Shown: in pieces, positions 50,043 through 64,000 of the stretch
How the letters are laid out: the number at the start of each line of letters is the position of its first letter
How positions within the stretch are numbered: position 1 is the first letter of the stretch
NCBI GenBank assembly: GCA_951406725.2
Contig: OX597839.1
Location: forward strand, 35,402,001-35,466,000
Length of the DNA: 64,000 bases
Reading direction: 5' to 3'
From: Octopus vulgaris
Taxonomy: Eukaryota
Position numbers and translations under genes: made by a program
Notes under the pieces: generated by a model
Told to the model about the DNA's origin: nothing
What the model saw: the letters and a program-made list of their open reading frames with translations, nothing else
The model's database searches: none

Positions 50043-51069
50043 CTAAACAAAACTGTCCAATGAACAGAAACGTGAAACTCTGAGTAACTGTTTTTGTGTA
50101 ATAATTATATATATATATATAGGCGCAGGAGTGGCTGTGTGGTAAGTAGCTTGCTTACCAACCACATGGTTCCGGGTTCAGTCCCACTGCGTGGCACCTT
50201 GGACAAGTGTCTTCTACTATAGCCTCGGGCCAACCAAAGCCTTGTGAGTGGATTTGGAAGACGGAAACTGAAAGAAGCCCGTCGTATATATGTGTATATA
50301 TATATATATATGCGTGTGTGTGTTTGTGTGTCTGTGTTTGTCCCCCTAGCATTGCTTGACAACCGATGCTGGTTTGTTTATGTCCCCGTCACTTAGCGGT
50401 TCAGCAAAAGAGACCAATAGAATAAGTACTGGGCTTACAAAGAATAAGTACCGGGGTCGAGTTGCTCGATTAAAGGCGGTGCTCCAGCATGGCCGCAGTC
50501 AAATGACTGAAACAAGTAAAAGAGTAAAAGAGTATATATATATATATATATACACACATACATACGCACACAGAAACAGTCAAAAGGTGAGAACAAGATA
50601 TGCCCAATATAGAAAACATGTAATGCTTGAATGATTAAAAGTTTGAAATCTTTATCAAGGACTAAATCCATCGGGTCAAAAGTGGCAAAACAAGATATCT
50701 AGGTGAGCTGATATGGAGATAGTGAGGCAGATAAACACGATTAGGTTTGACATATATAAACATTTGTAAACATCCGTGAATATACAAATATTGATACGCA
50801 TAAATATACAGAGAGATAAATAGATACATATAACTACACATATCCAGAAGATGACACGTATATATATACATGTATATATTCAAATACCTATTTGAAGACT
50901 ATGGAAATATTCTAAAAAAACCATTTCATGTGTTTTCTCACAGTTTAATTGTTTTTCTTGCTTTATTCTAAACTGAAAAAGTTGAAAAGACTGAAACCGG
51001 TACTAAAATGTTCATCATAAAATTGTTTTAGCATTTTCTACCTTGTTTTATTTTCCTTATATATATGAA

Positions 51070-51101
<32 letters not shown>

Positions 51102-51274
51102 TTACATAGAGAATACAGAATACTAAAGAGAGAATTCATAGTTTTTTTAAAACTTAACACCTGTTTCTGGAAACCTTAAATTACATAATAATTGTATATA
51201 TATATACATACATCTATATATATATATATACGTATACATACGTACATCTCTCTCTATATATATATATATATAAT

Positions 51275-51769
51275 GACATGCATAAGATCTGGTCATCAAA
51301 TCTAAGTAGAGACTTCAAAATTGAAATCTTCAAAGCCACAGTCGAACCAATTCTACTATATGGCTCAGAAACCTGGACGTTATCAAAGAAGCTTGAGAGG
51401 CGGTTGGATGGAACTTACACTCGCCTCCTTATGAGAGCTCAAAATCTCTCGTGGAAACGCCATCCAACCAAAATGCAAATATATGGGAAACTACCACCTG
51501 TGTCATCTCTTGTGAAAGGTAGGAGAGTCCAGTTTGCTGGACATTGTTGTAGAGCTGAAAAAGAAGTAATTTCTACTCTTCTCCTCTGGAAGTCATCTAC
51601 TCACAATACCAGAGGGCGCACACTCTCCTACCCTGATGTAATCTCCAGGGATACAGGCATCCAGCAACAGGACCTCCGTAATGCTATGATGGACCGTGAA
51701 GTCTGGCGTAACATAGTAAATTCCATTGTCTCGACCACGGTCGAACAATGATGATGATGATGATGATGA

Positions 51770-51773
<4 letters not shown>
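51275..51773 (+). mobile_element. RTE-clade LINE, 5'-truncated 3' end
   Basis: 157-aa open frame with K..IFKA.V.PILLYGSETW, RR.QFAGH..R and DR..WR motifs; the TGA stop runs into a (TGA)n tail. Confidence 0.9.
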
Positions 51774-51814
<41 letters not shown>

Positions 51815-54232
51815 TATATACATATATATACATACATGCATACATATATAACATCAAAGGAGAAGAAAGACAGTGAAACTACTGGAAAAAGAGGATAGAA
51901 CAATTGTAATTTCTAAAAAGCTAGAGACACCACCGCCGCCGCCGCCACCACCATCACAACAACAACAACAACAAAAATAAATGCCCTGATTCAGTAGCAG
52001 GCAGTGGCTCTAATGGCTTCTGATCTTAACTGATTGGCAGTGTTATCGTGTACATTGTTTTGTCTTGGTATAAAAGATGGGCTACAGCAAATATTCTGCT
52101 CAATACCACAGATTTGCTTGTCAGTTGTTTGACCGTAACCATTTGAGCATGTCCCTTGGTGGCTGACGATATTTGCATCTCTGATCATGAGCAGAAGTAG
52201 TGGAGGAGCATCATAGCCATGTGTCGAGAGGGATTCTTTGGGGTTTGAATAATTCACTTCTGGAAACATGGGTGTTTCGTTCAACATCCTTAAACAACCT
52301 TTATTCAGGGACCTTTTGAGCGTGATAGGTTACTCGACCAAAAGAAAATTCTAACTGGGCTGTTTATCTTGATATAAAATCACCATGTCGCGCACATATG
52401 GTTGTGATGCATGTGCCTAGTGTACCCTTATCAGACGGGTAGTCATGATGGGTATACTGGACTTCGTATATTTTACCCCAGTGTCACTTTGATGGCATGC
52501 ACTGCTCTCTCAATCAATAATAATAATAGTAATAATAATAACGATAATGATAATAAAACAGGTACAAAACATTCAGGAAGTTAGAATAAGGAAGAAAGCG
52601 TGTTTCAAGAATTTAAATGACAAATAATGCAAAGTCAAATGTTAAACTTAACATAGAAATAGTTTAGAAATTCTTGGTTGTGAAATAGGCAAAATAATAA
52701 TCTCAAGGGAGCGTACCTTTTGTTTCAAGTGTAAAGAGCGAAAATAAACCTGAGTGAAGACAAAACTTTTACAACTTCAAGATGAGTTGTTATTGTTGCA
52801 AGTAAAACTATTTTATGATAGATTCGCATCGACCGCACGTGTTAAATCGATTCGTGCAATTGATGCCGCAAAAGGTGGAATCGCTAAAACAGGTCTCAAA
52901 TTGTACAAACGAAAGAATATAGTTGTCATAAGTTGTCATAAATTATGGGAACAAAAGTTTTTAAAAACGAACCCAACCTGTTCGGATACCAAAGCACTGA
53001 AAAACAATGGCAATGTGAAGCAAAAAATTAAAGACTATAGCTTGAAATTAAATTTGTAAGGCTTACGACTCCAACGGACGGCCTAAGTATAAGTGGAAAG
53101 AACCAATACAGAATAGTGCTTTAAGACCTTATCTCAGACGGTTAAATAACTCTATTAATTTACTCAAATCTTAGCGAGCGATTAATTAAACAACGCCTTA
53201 CGTTTGGAAAAAGGAATCCAATAAAAACGAAATACAATAAGTGTGATAATACTTTCGTTTTTCTTAACAACTCTGCGTTATTTTCTACAAACAATTTCGG
53301 TGAATAATGCACATTTTTAGCGCCAGTCAAAGTTATTATCAACTTAGAAAAAAATACGTTTAATATTATACTTCCTATTAAAAAATGTCGACTATATAAG
53401 ATAACAAAATGGCCGCCCTAACGTGAACGACCAATGTTAAAAAGAAACCTTTGCAACATTTCCTTAAGAAAACGTTTATGCCCAGCAATAAAACAAAACG
53501 GGCGATCTTTCGTCTCTAGTAGACCTTTCCGTCGATTACACAACATACTGTCTGTCTCCCACACACCATCAAACACACACACACACACATGGACGGTAAC
53601 TTCAAAAGAACTTCCCTCGTTATACAATCGCTTTCTCTTAGTCTCTTTCGCTCTCATTACTTCAAAAGTTCCCGCAAGCCCATATGTAAAAAAAAAAAAT
53701 TTTTTACGGAAAGGTCTACTAGAGACGAAAGATTGCCACAAAACGTCTTGATATCATGCCTAATTACGGCAGCATTTTCGTGTAATTAACAGCTGATTGA
53801 GTAAAGCTCATATGTGAATACAACTCATCTCACTTCTCGCACTGCTCAACAGGCGCAAATATCGATTATTGAAAAAATACGTAGATGTGATCCTTGCTGG
53901 GTGGTAGATGAAGCTCTGTATAAAATTTCAATGAAATCGGAAGAAAGGGTCAGAAGATAATTGCTGTCGTAGGGGATTGTCCAAACACACATACACAGAA
54001 AACTTCAGCGTTTATATACTCTCGCTTTTTACTCTTTTACTTGTTTCAGTTATTTGACTGCGGCCATGCTGGAGCACCGCCTTTAGTCGAGCAAATCGAT
54101 CCCAGGACTTATTCTTCGTAAGTCTCTTTTGGCGATCCGCTAAGTTACGGGGGCGTAAACACACCAGCATCGGTTGTCAAGTGATGTTGGGAAGACAAAC
54201 ACACACACACACGCACACATATATATATATAT

Positions 54233-54317
<85 letters not shown>

Positions 54318-54841
54318 TATGACAGGCTTCTTTCAGTTTCCGTCTACCAAATCCACTCACAAGGTTTTGGTCGCCCGAGGCTATATTAGAAGACATTTGC
54401 CCAAGGTGCCATGCAGTGGGACTAAACCCGGAACCATGTGGTTCATAAGCAAGCTACTTACCTCACAGCCACTCCTACGCGTGCCCCCACAGATGGGACG
54501 ACAGAAGACTGAGACTCCTGGCAGTTTGCTGTGCTTGAGAAGACAAAGTCAAGCTAAGCAAAACCATAGCTGTTATGCGCACAAGCATGTCCCTTGCTTT
54601 CCTCTCCAGCTGAGCATTCCTAATCTTGCAGGCTTGGGGGGTGGGGCAGTTGGGTGGTGCCATGTAAAAAGTAACCAACCAGGCGCAGGAGTGGCTGTGT
54701 GGTAAGTAGCTTGCTAACCAACCACATGGTTTGGGGTTCAGTCCCACTGCGTGGCACCTTGGGCAAGTGTCTTCTGCTATAGCCCCGGGCTGACCAATGC
54801 CTTGTGAGTGGATTTGGTAGACGGAAACTGAAAGAAGCCTG

Positions 54842-54887
<46 letters not shown>

Positions 54888-56257
54888 TTGTGTGTCTGTG
54901 TTTGTCCCCCTAGCATTGCTTGACTGCCGATGCTGGTGTGTTTATGTCCCAGTCACTTAGCAGTTCGGCAAAAAGAGACCGATAGAATAAGTACTGGGCT
55001 TACAAAGAATAAGTCCCGGGGTCGATTTGCTCGACTAAAGGCGGTGCTCCAGCATGGCCGCAGTCAAATGACTGAAACAAGTAAAAGAGTATACCGGTGC
55101 CACAGAAATGCAGCTGTGCCAGAGCCGCATAGGAGCACTCAGGACATTCTATAAAGTGATTGCTGTTAGGAAGGGCATGCAGCCGTAGAAACCATGCCAA
55201 AACAGACATGGACTTAGTATAGATTTGTGTGTGTATATATACGTATATATATATATAATATACCATTATATACACACACTCACACATGTATAAATACATC
55301 TGTGTATATGCATATACATATATCAATATATATGTATATATATATTATACCTTTGTATGTATATATATGCATGCACACACACACAATATATACATATATA
55401 TATTATATATGACTATGGCTTCACACAGGTGTGCCTAGCAATTAGCTATAAAAAAGTACTCAAAGTTGATTGCGAGAATGGATTAATATCCACAGGTGAG
55501 TCAGCATGAGTCACTCCTCAAAGTTTTTCAACTGCAATCTTCAGGTGACTCACGATAGATTTACAATTGTATTGTGTGTGTGTATATATATATACATATA
55601 CATATATATGTATGTATGTGTGTGTGCATATATATATATATATATGTATGCATATACACTCACACACATCTAACTATATATATATATATATATATATAGG
55701 TAGATATATATGTATACAGACATACATATATATACATACATATATACATACACACATATATTATGGTTTTTATTGAAGCCCAAAATATCTTCAGAAAGTG
55801 TTACTCAGAGTTTCATGTTACCAATTTCTACATACACACACACATATAAGAAAAGAATGTTTCATGTGTACAGAAAACAAAAGACACAGGTGAGGGAAAA
55901 ACAAACACTCCACCACATTCATACACACACACACATACATTATTAGGTATGTATTATGTGTATATTTATTATATATACTATGTATATTACCATTTTAGGT
56001 AACGCACACACACACACATGTGCACATACACACATCCATATATGTATCATAATTTTACCATTCCCATTTCTATGTCTGCATGGGTGCAATGGAATTATTC
56101 AAGACAGATTTTCAACCACCTGATGCCTTTCCCGTCACCAACCTTCTCCTGATTCTAAACCAGGTTTTGTTTCCCTTCAACCAGACGTGTTTCTGCAGAA
56201 GAATGGAAACGAACCCCATCACTTGTATGATAGCAACACCGATTCTTTACTGTACCC

Positions 56258-57240
56258 TTAACCCTTTTGATACCAACCTGGCTGAAACCGGCTCTGGCTC
56301 TCAGTACAAATGTCTTGTTTTCATAAGTTTTGAATTAAAATCTTCCACCAAACCTTAGTCACAATTTATGTTCCTAAAACTAGCTGAATGATAACCAAGT
56401 TATTTTACTAAATTCTTTGTTATATTTAAAGTAATTGAAAGAAACACAGAGCATCTCAACCGAAATATGGTAACAAAAAGGTTAAAATATATAATAGAGA
56501 AACAATTCTTAACCCTTTCAGTACCAACCCAGCTGAAACCAGCTCTGGCTCTGAGTACAAATGTCTTGTTTTCATAAGTTTTGAATTAAAATCTTCCACC
56601 AAACCTTAGTCACAATTTATGTTCCTAAAACTAGCTGAATGATAACCAAGTTATTTTACTAAATTCTTTGTTATATTTAAATTAATTGAAAGAAACACAG
56701 AGCATCTCAAAATAAATACAGTAACGAAAGGGTTAAAATATATAATAGAGAAACAATTCTTAACCCTTTCAATACCAGCCCGGCTGAAACCACCTCTGGC
56801 TCTGTAGTAAAAATGTCTTGTTTTCTTAAGTTTTGAATTAAAATCTTCCACTAAACCTTAGTCACAGTTTATGTTCCTAACACTAGCTGAATGATAACTA
56901 AGTTATTTTACTAAATTCTTTGTTATATTTAAAGTAATTGAAAGAAACACAGAGCATCTCAAAATAAATACAGTAACGAAAGGGTTAAAATATATAATAG
57001 AGAAACAATTCTTAACCCTTTCAATACCAGCCCGGCTGAAACCACCTCTGGCTCTGTAGTAAAAATGTCTTGTTTTCTTAAGTTTTGAATTAAAATCTTC
57101 CACTAAACCTTAGTCACAGTTTATGTTCCTAACACTAGCTGAATGATAACTAGGTTATTTTACTAAATTCTTTGTTATATTTAAATTAATTGAAAGAAAC
57201 ACAGAGTATCTCAACAGAAATACTGTAACGAAAGGGTTAA
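56258..57240. repeat. Four tandem ~251-bp units, each a TTAA-CCCTTT...AAAGGG-TTAA MITE plus a 23-bp spacer
   Basis: Unit starts at 56258, 56509, 56760 and 57012. Confidence 0.92.
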
Positions 57241-57919
57241 TGAAATTCTTGGGTAGAAGGAACCATGGCAGAGTATATTACAAGATTGAGATTTTGGTTT
57301 GGAACAGGTACAAAACAGATGACAGGCTTCCAGAAGTTTTGTCAAACCATTTTTACTCGGAGGAATTGTCTGTTGTCGGATTCTATCCTTTTCCTTTGAC
57401 CTTTTACTGAGCTCAACAATTGGACTGCTGCCATGCTGGGGCACGTCCTTGACAAGTTTTAGAAGAACAAACTGACCTCTTTATTCTCTTTTACTCTTTT
57501 ACTTGTTTCAGTCATTTGACTGTGGCCATGCTGGAGCGCCGCCTTTAGTCAAGCAAATCGACCCCCCCAGGACAAAACACAACAAATTATTGAAAACAAG
57601 AAGCAAGAATAGACTCCAGTTTTATATTTTTTATTAAATATTTTAAATCTTTCCTCAGTCATTTATAAATTTCTTTGGAACAATAAACCGTGAGATTCAT
57701 CAATACAGGAAGACTTTGCTTGTCTTATTGAGAAGATGAAATCATCCCTATTGTTATTTTGCATTTCTGTTTGTTTTTTTTTAATCTTTTTTATTCTACA
57801 TAAGAATTATTCGAACAATGTTCTTATTATTGCTGGGCTTTTGGAGTTTTTTTTCAGCAGTTTTTTTAAAATTAAAGTTTGGTCTTACATTCCAGTGCTC
57901 ATGTTTTGCTTGTGTCTAT

Positions 57920-58043
57920 AGTATACACAAGTTGAGTTTTGCTTATACATATATACATATATATACGTATATATATATATACATATGTATATATATGTGT
58001 GACACAGTTGGAAATGGTACATACACAAGTTGAGTTTTGCTTA

Positions 58044-58082
<39 letters not shown>

Positions 58083-58268
58083 ATGTATATGTATATATAT
58101 ACATATGTATATATATGTGTGACACAGTTGGAAATGGTACATGCACAAGTTGAGTTTTGCTTACATATATATATATATATATATATACCTATGTATATGT
58201 ATATATATACATATGTATATATATGTGTGACACAGTTGGAAATGGTACATACACAAGTTGAGTTTTGC

Positions 58269-58310
<42 letters not shown>

Positions 58311-58501
58311 ATGTATATGTATATATATACATATGTATATATATGTGTGACACAGTTGGAAATGGTACATGCACAAGTTGAGTTTTGCATTACATATATA
58401 TATATATATATATATATATACCTATGTATATGTATATATATACATATGTATATATATGTGTGACACAGTTGGAAATGGTACATACACAAGTTGAGTTTTG
58501 C

Positions 58502-58539
<38 letters not shown>

Positions 58540-58703
58540 ATGTATATGTATATATATACATATGTATATATATGTGTGACACAGTTGGAAATGGTACATG
58601 CACAAGTTGAGTTTTGCTTACATATATATATATATATATATATATACCTATGTATATGTATATATATACATATGTATATATATGTGTGTGACACAGTTGG
58701 AAA
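57920..58703. repeat. Seven tandem ~100-120-bp units with variable-length (TA)n
   Basis: GACACAGTTGGAAATGGTACAT(A/G)CACAAGTTGAGTTTTGC recurs seven times, separated by TA-rich tracts. Confidence 0.93.
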
Positions 58704-59015
58704 TAGTACTCTCTATTGCATGGGTGGATGAACATTCTTTTGACAGAAATCAGTAGTCAATGCCGTAGATTTTATGCAAATATTCAATCAGGATTTGCAT
58801 AATGGATGCCAACTCTGCTCTGCCATTTAAATACTGAGAGTATGGATTGTCAATAACTCACCGTATCCAGAATCTTGCAGAATCTCATGCCATACTCGCG
58901 TAATCTAAATGGCAAAGTTGTCATCCTTCATTCTTCAAATTCTGATTGAATAGCTGCGAATATATTCTTACAAAATCTATAGCAACCAGCTATTGATTTC
59001 AATCAACATATATGT

Positions 59016-59058
<43 letters not shown>

Positions 59059-59361
59059 TATATATATGTGGAGGCGCAATGGCCTAGTGGTTAGGGCAGC
59101 GGACTCGCGGTCGCAGGATCGTGGTTTCGATTCCCAGACCGGGCATTGTGAGTGTTTATTGAGCGAAAACACCTAAAAGCTCCACGATGCTCCAGCAGGG
59201 GGTGGTGATCCCTGCTGTACTCTTACACCACTCTTTCTTCTGTTGGCCTGCTCGCTTAGCCAGCGGGGTGGCGTCATTCGAAGGCTAAAACAATGTGAAG
59301 CACATTGTGACCAGCGATGTGTAACAACATCTGATGGTCTGGTCGGTCACGTGATCACGTG

Positions 59362-59394
<33 letters not shown>

Positions 59395-62300
59395 TACACA
59401 CTCAAACAGTAATGGCAGATAGTTAGAATGAATGCTAAACACAGCAATGGTTTGGTAAATAAATAAATATATCCTTCATTTGTGGATTATTCAGTCTTGT
59501 CTAAGATGGAGATAGAATGCTTAATCACTGCACAATTTCTTCTTCATGAAAGCAATGGTAGCATTGTTAATCCACGAATAATTAGTGTGTATGTGTGTAT
59601 ATATAGTCACCGTATTTCATTCCATATCAGTTTCCTCTGATGAGCGTAGGGTTATATAACTGGATTGTTACCTTACACTCCATTGTAACCCTAGCATGAA
59701 ACCAATTATTAAGATTAGCTGTGATGGATATATAATACTGAACACTTTGGATAATGTACCCACTCTATAGGCAGATATACAACACCTATAGACTTTTAGA
59801 CAACTTGCTTACATTATATATATATATATACATATATATATGTATATAGATGCATGCACATCTAGCTTCCAAGACAAATCTTAATTTTCAGGGTTATCTG
59901 AACTTGTTATTCACAAATACTTGTTTTCCTTTCTGCCTGGTTGTGTTTTGTGTACAATTATGCAACAACAGAGAAATAAAATGAAAACAAATATATTTTG
60001 TGTTATGCTTAGAAACAATGCACAATATCAGAATTTCTGACTCCAGTCAAATGGAACAAATTACTCCAAATCCTCATTGGAAATATCCATGTTAATGGAG
60101 CCAGGACAAGCTAGTCTGTACTGACATCAAGTCGTATCAGATAAAATATTGAAATTAAACCAAATAACAATATTTTGAAAGCATTTAACATGTACATTTC
60201 AGACCATTGCATAAATATATAACAGAAAATACATTTCTTATGCTAGACTTTCCTCAGTTAATAAATTACAAAATATTTTGAAATATATTAACTGAGGAAG
60301 ATCTTGTGTAAGGGATATATTTCTTATATATTATGTAATGATCTGAAACGTATGTATTAAATGTTTTCAAAACATCACTTGTTTTGTTTGTTTGTTTCCG
60401 TGTATGTATGTATGTATATATGTATATATATAGGAGAAGGTCACTCTGATATAAAACCAGATATGCAGGGAATGGCATTGAACATTTTGGGGATCTTTGG
60501 TTTGTGCTAGAGATCACTGCGCTCCCACATCCCTGAGCCTGCGACTCATATTGGCACCAGACATCTTGCTCCGGCTTGTCTCTGGATAATGTCAATAGAG
60601 TGGAGAGGGTCTATGAGGTGTTGTGCAAGCCTTATTGGACCTAAAACTCTGCACAGGCATTGCCGACCTTTTTTTTTTTTCCTATATATATCTATCTTAT
60701 TTTTAGTATATATATATATTTTTTTCTTTATGTATGTATATATGTATGTAGATATGCATAAATAAAATAATACAATGCTCAATAAAAAATAAACTAATCA
60801 CATACAAAGATGCATAGAGCTATATAGGTCCACAACCAGGATGCTTTTTTGTTTACAAAACACCAAAGCCATCATGGCTATAGAACAGATGAATTTGGTA
60901 CAATTCATTTTGATGAAATTTCTTTATAACTGCATTGAATCATAAACACAAACATGTACTAATCTTAATTGTACAAAAACGCAAACACTTTTAGCCTCGT
61001 CTTTAAAACACATCACAAGAGGCAGCTGAAGAAACTTCAAAATGTCCAGTAGGATTATGAATTTATATGCAAGCATGGAGAATTTTTAAGGTTCATTGCT
61101 TTTGCAATTGTAAGTTCCGTTGAACGTATAAGCACCACGCTTTGTTAATCTGTGGACATGTCTTTACAGTAAGAAGCAGCCATAACAATGGATAACAATA
61201 CAGTACATACAAACATTCATATATATACATATATATATACATATATGAGATGTTATACAAATCAGAAATGGGAAATAATTTTTTGACAGTGGAACTTGTA
61301 GTAGATAAAGCTACAAATTATAGCAAGTTTGAGAAAAAAAAAAAAAGAAGACTGTTTGGACAGAAAAAGACGAAGGCTGTTTGTGGGACATGAACTCATT
61401 TCATCTGTAAACACGGCAGATGTTCTACCATTGTACCAAAGAATTCCTTCGAATTTCTCCATCGGCCATTTTAGAAGGTATGTTCTCATTAGATAATTGT
61501 ACGATTCCTGCAGGTAAGAAGAATGCTTTTAACATGGATGCTGGAGAAATTCAAAGTATGCTCTGCTACAATGATTATACATACATACGGACATACATAC
61601 GTATGTACATACATAAATACATACATATATACATACATATAAAGAGATGACACCAGAAAAAGCAAAGTTTATGTAATGAACTTCATTCATTATTCAAAGC
61701 TCTGGTGAAGCTATTGGACATTACCCAGGTACTCATCTAAGAGTCCTCCACGTCTGACAGCAGAAACAACTGTAACCCAATGGAGTTCATTACATAACCT
61801 TTGTTCCTATTACCACACTATACTCATCTAACATTGTGTTCTGGACTACACATATATTGAGTTCTACACCAGGTTATTAGTCTTGTAAATGGCTAAGCAA
61901 AATACAAACATACATACATATATATATATGTAGAACACAACACAAAGCTAGATGGAAAAACAACCATCTTACATAGAGTTTCCGCATCCAAACCAGATTT
62001 GTAATGGACACAGGTTAAATACCAAGATTTAATGCAAAATTCAACAAGTGGATGGAACACACAAGCAAAAGAGATTAACAGCAAATGGCACGGCCAAACT
62101 ATTTGGTGAAGAAATCACAGCTCAATGCTGAAAAATGTTTGAAGTCCAGCAATAATGAATGAGAAACAGATACGAGAGTATTCTCATGATTGTTGTTAAT
62201 TACTGGTATCTGATTGAGGCAACGAAGCCAATAATTCTGAAGGGATTGTGGTTGGTTGATACTAGTTGCCTGGTACTTTATTTTTATCCCCCCAGAGAGG

Positions 62301-63201
62301 GATGGAAAGCAATGTTGGCTCCGATGGGTTTTGAACTCACAATGTAAAGAGTCAGAACAAATACCACAAAGCATTTTTTCTGACGCTCTACCGATTCTGC
62401 CAGCTCAACACCTTTTCAAAACCTGACATGATAGTTTCAGATTTAGGCACAAGGCCAGCAATTTTTGAGGGGAGGGATTAGTTAGTCAATATCATCGACC
62501 CCAGTAGTATTACTGGTACTTTATTTTATCAACACCCAGATGGATGAAAGGGCAAAGTTCACCTTGGCAGTTTTCGAATTCACAAAGTACAGAATCAGAA
62601 CAAAAACACTGCAAAGCGTTTGTTTTTTTGTTTTTTTTTATGTTCTTCCAATTCTGCCAGCCCACCTCCTTACAATTCTTGTCGAGGATAAAATGGTAAC
62701 AACAACAACAACAACAACAACATCAACAAGCATGAAAACCATTTCACTCAGAAGATACGACCGGGAAGTTCTTGAAATGTTAATGGACTTGGAAATATAT
62801 TGTTCCGAACAAAAAAAAAAAATAAAGAATTAATAAAGAAACGTGGAATAAAATTCTAAGAAAAAATGGTGAAAAGAGGAGCAAAATTATGTTTGGAATT
62901 AAATTTTTTTTTTCTATTAGTTCAATAATATTTCTGCTTTTGTTTGGCTGTTTACAAAATTATACTGACTGCTTATACACACACACACATGTATATATAT
63001 ATATATATATATATATAGTTAATCCAAACAAGAAAACACAGAAAAAAACACAGCAACGCGAGGACATGGAACAATTAAAGTATTATTTGACGCTCAGGAA
63101 AGAAGGGAAGGAAGGTTTAACGTTTCCAGCGGAGCTCTTCGTCGGAAACAAGGAGAAGGGAAGACAGAGGAAAAAAATATTTTTGCTGGTGGTGCTCAAG
63201 A

Positions 63202-63235
<34 letters not shown>

Positions 63236-64000
63236 GTATGAGAGGGATGACCACTATGTGGACAACCCTTATGCTAGGAGTAGATCCAATTTAGCCTTAC
63301 CACTAAGAAATGTTCTCAAGAAAAATTTAGTAAAACAACCAAAACCAGTGTTCTTGAGAACGTTTCTTAGTGCTAAGACCATAGCGGATCTACTTCTAGC
63401 ATAAAGGTTGTCCACATAGTGGTCATCCCTCTCATATGTATATAATACAATTTTACTAAACCTTCAGATTTTTATATGCTAGACCACTCAGCCATGATTA
63501 CGATATCACTTGACTTCTCGGGCAGAGAATATCACCAAAGTTCTTGGTCACATGGCATCACCTCTGCGAGACCCAAATATATATATATATATATGTATAT
63601 ATATACACTGGAGTAAGCACATAAATGTGAAACAAGGTGGAAAAAAAGAGTACTCAAATACCAGAAGTAGAGTAATATGCTTTATTTAAAAGCAGCAGAA
63701 ATATAACAAAAGCTGTTACTCAGAGTTTCACATTTCCGTTTGTTGGATATGAAACTCTGAGTATCAGCTTTTGTTATATTTCTGCTGCTTTTAAATAAAA
63801 TATATATATGTACACACATACACATATGTATATACACACACATACTGTGCCTGGGGAGAGTCATTTTCTTTTTGTGCCTTATTATGTAACACACTCGCCG
63901 GTAAAATTTCCACTTATTTCTTATTTTTATTTTCCTAAAATAAGAAATAAGTGGAAATTTTACCAGTGAGTGTGTTACAATATAAGGCACAAAAAGAAAA

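Noticed and set aside
57920-58703. CRISPR-like repeat/spacer appearance (also 29085-29270)
   Set aside because: The spacers are just (TA)n variants, not unique sequences; there are no cas genes and the context is eukaryotic.

Overview
AT-rich, microsatellite- and SINE-dense eukaryotic DNA. The repeat families look like those of a coleoid cephalopod (Octopus-like); this is inferred from pattern recall, not a database search. Two intron-containing genes can be rebuilt by hand from splice sites and are arranged head-to-head. (1) XRN1 (5'-3' exoribonuclease 1) on the minus strand: 18 coding exons from ATG 30927 down to 658, 2019 nt / 673 aa, all GT-AG and in phase, catalytic motifs intact, continuing off the left edge. 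(2) A complete 4-exon SPCS1 (signal peptidase complex subunit 1, 111 aa) on the plus strand, 33945-41188. The rest is four abundant SINE-like families, 3' fragments of RTE, CR1-like and R4/Dong-like LINEs, mariner/piggyBac-type MITEs, a non-autonomous Helitron, minisatellites and many fold-backs. Most notable: a 381-bp tandem duplication that copies the XRN1 exon-18 donor in frame with no stop, a ~530-bp diverged fold-back not explained by any repeat I recognise, two long hairpins in one XRN1 intron, and several minimal hammerhead-ribozyme-like motifs of Penelope type. No CRISPR, rRNA or true tRNA genes were found. I did not find a clearly new biological system; the findings are leads to test.
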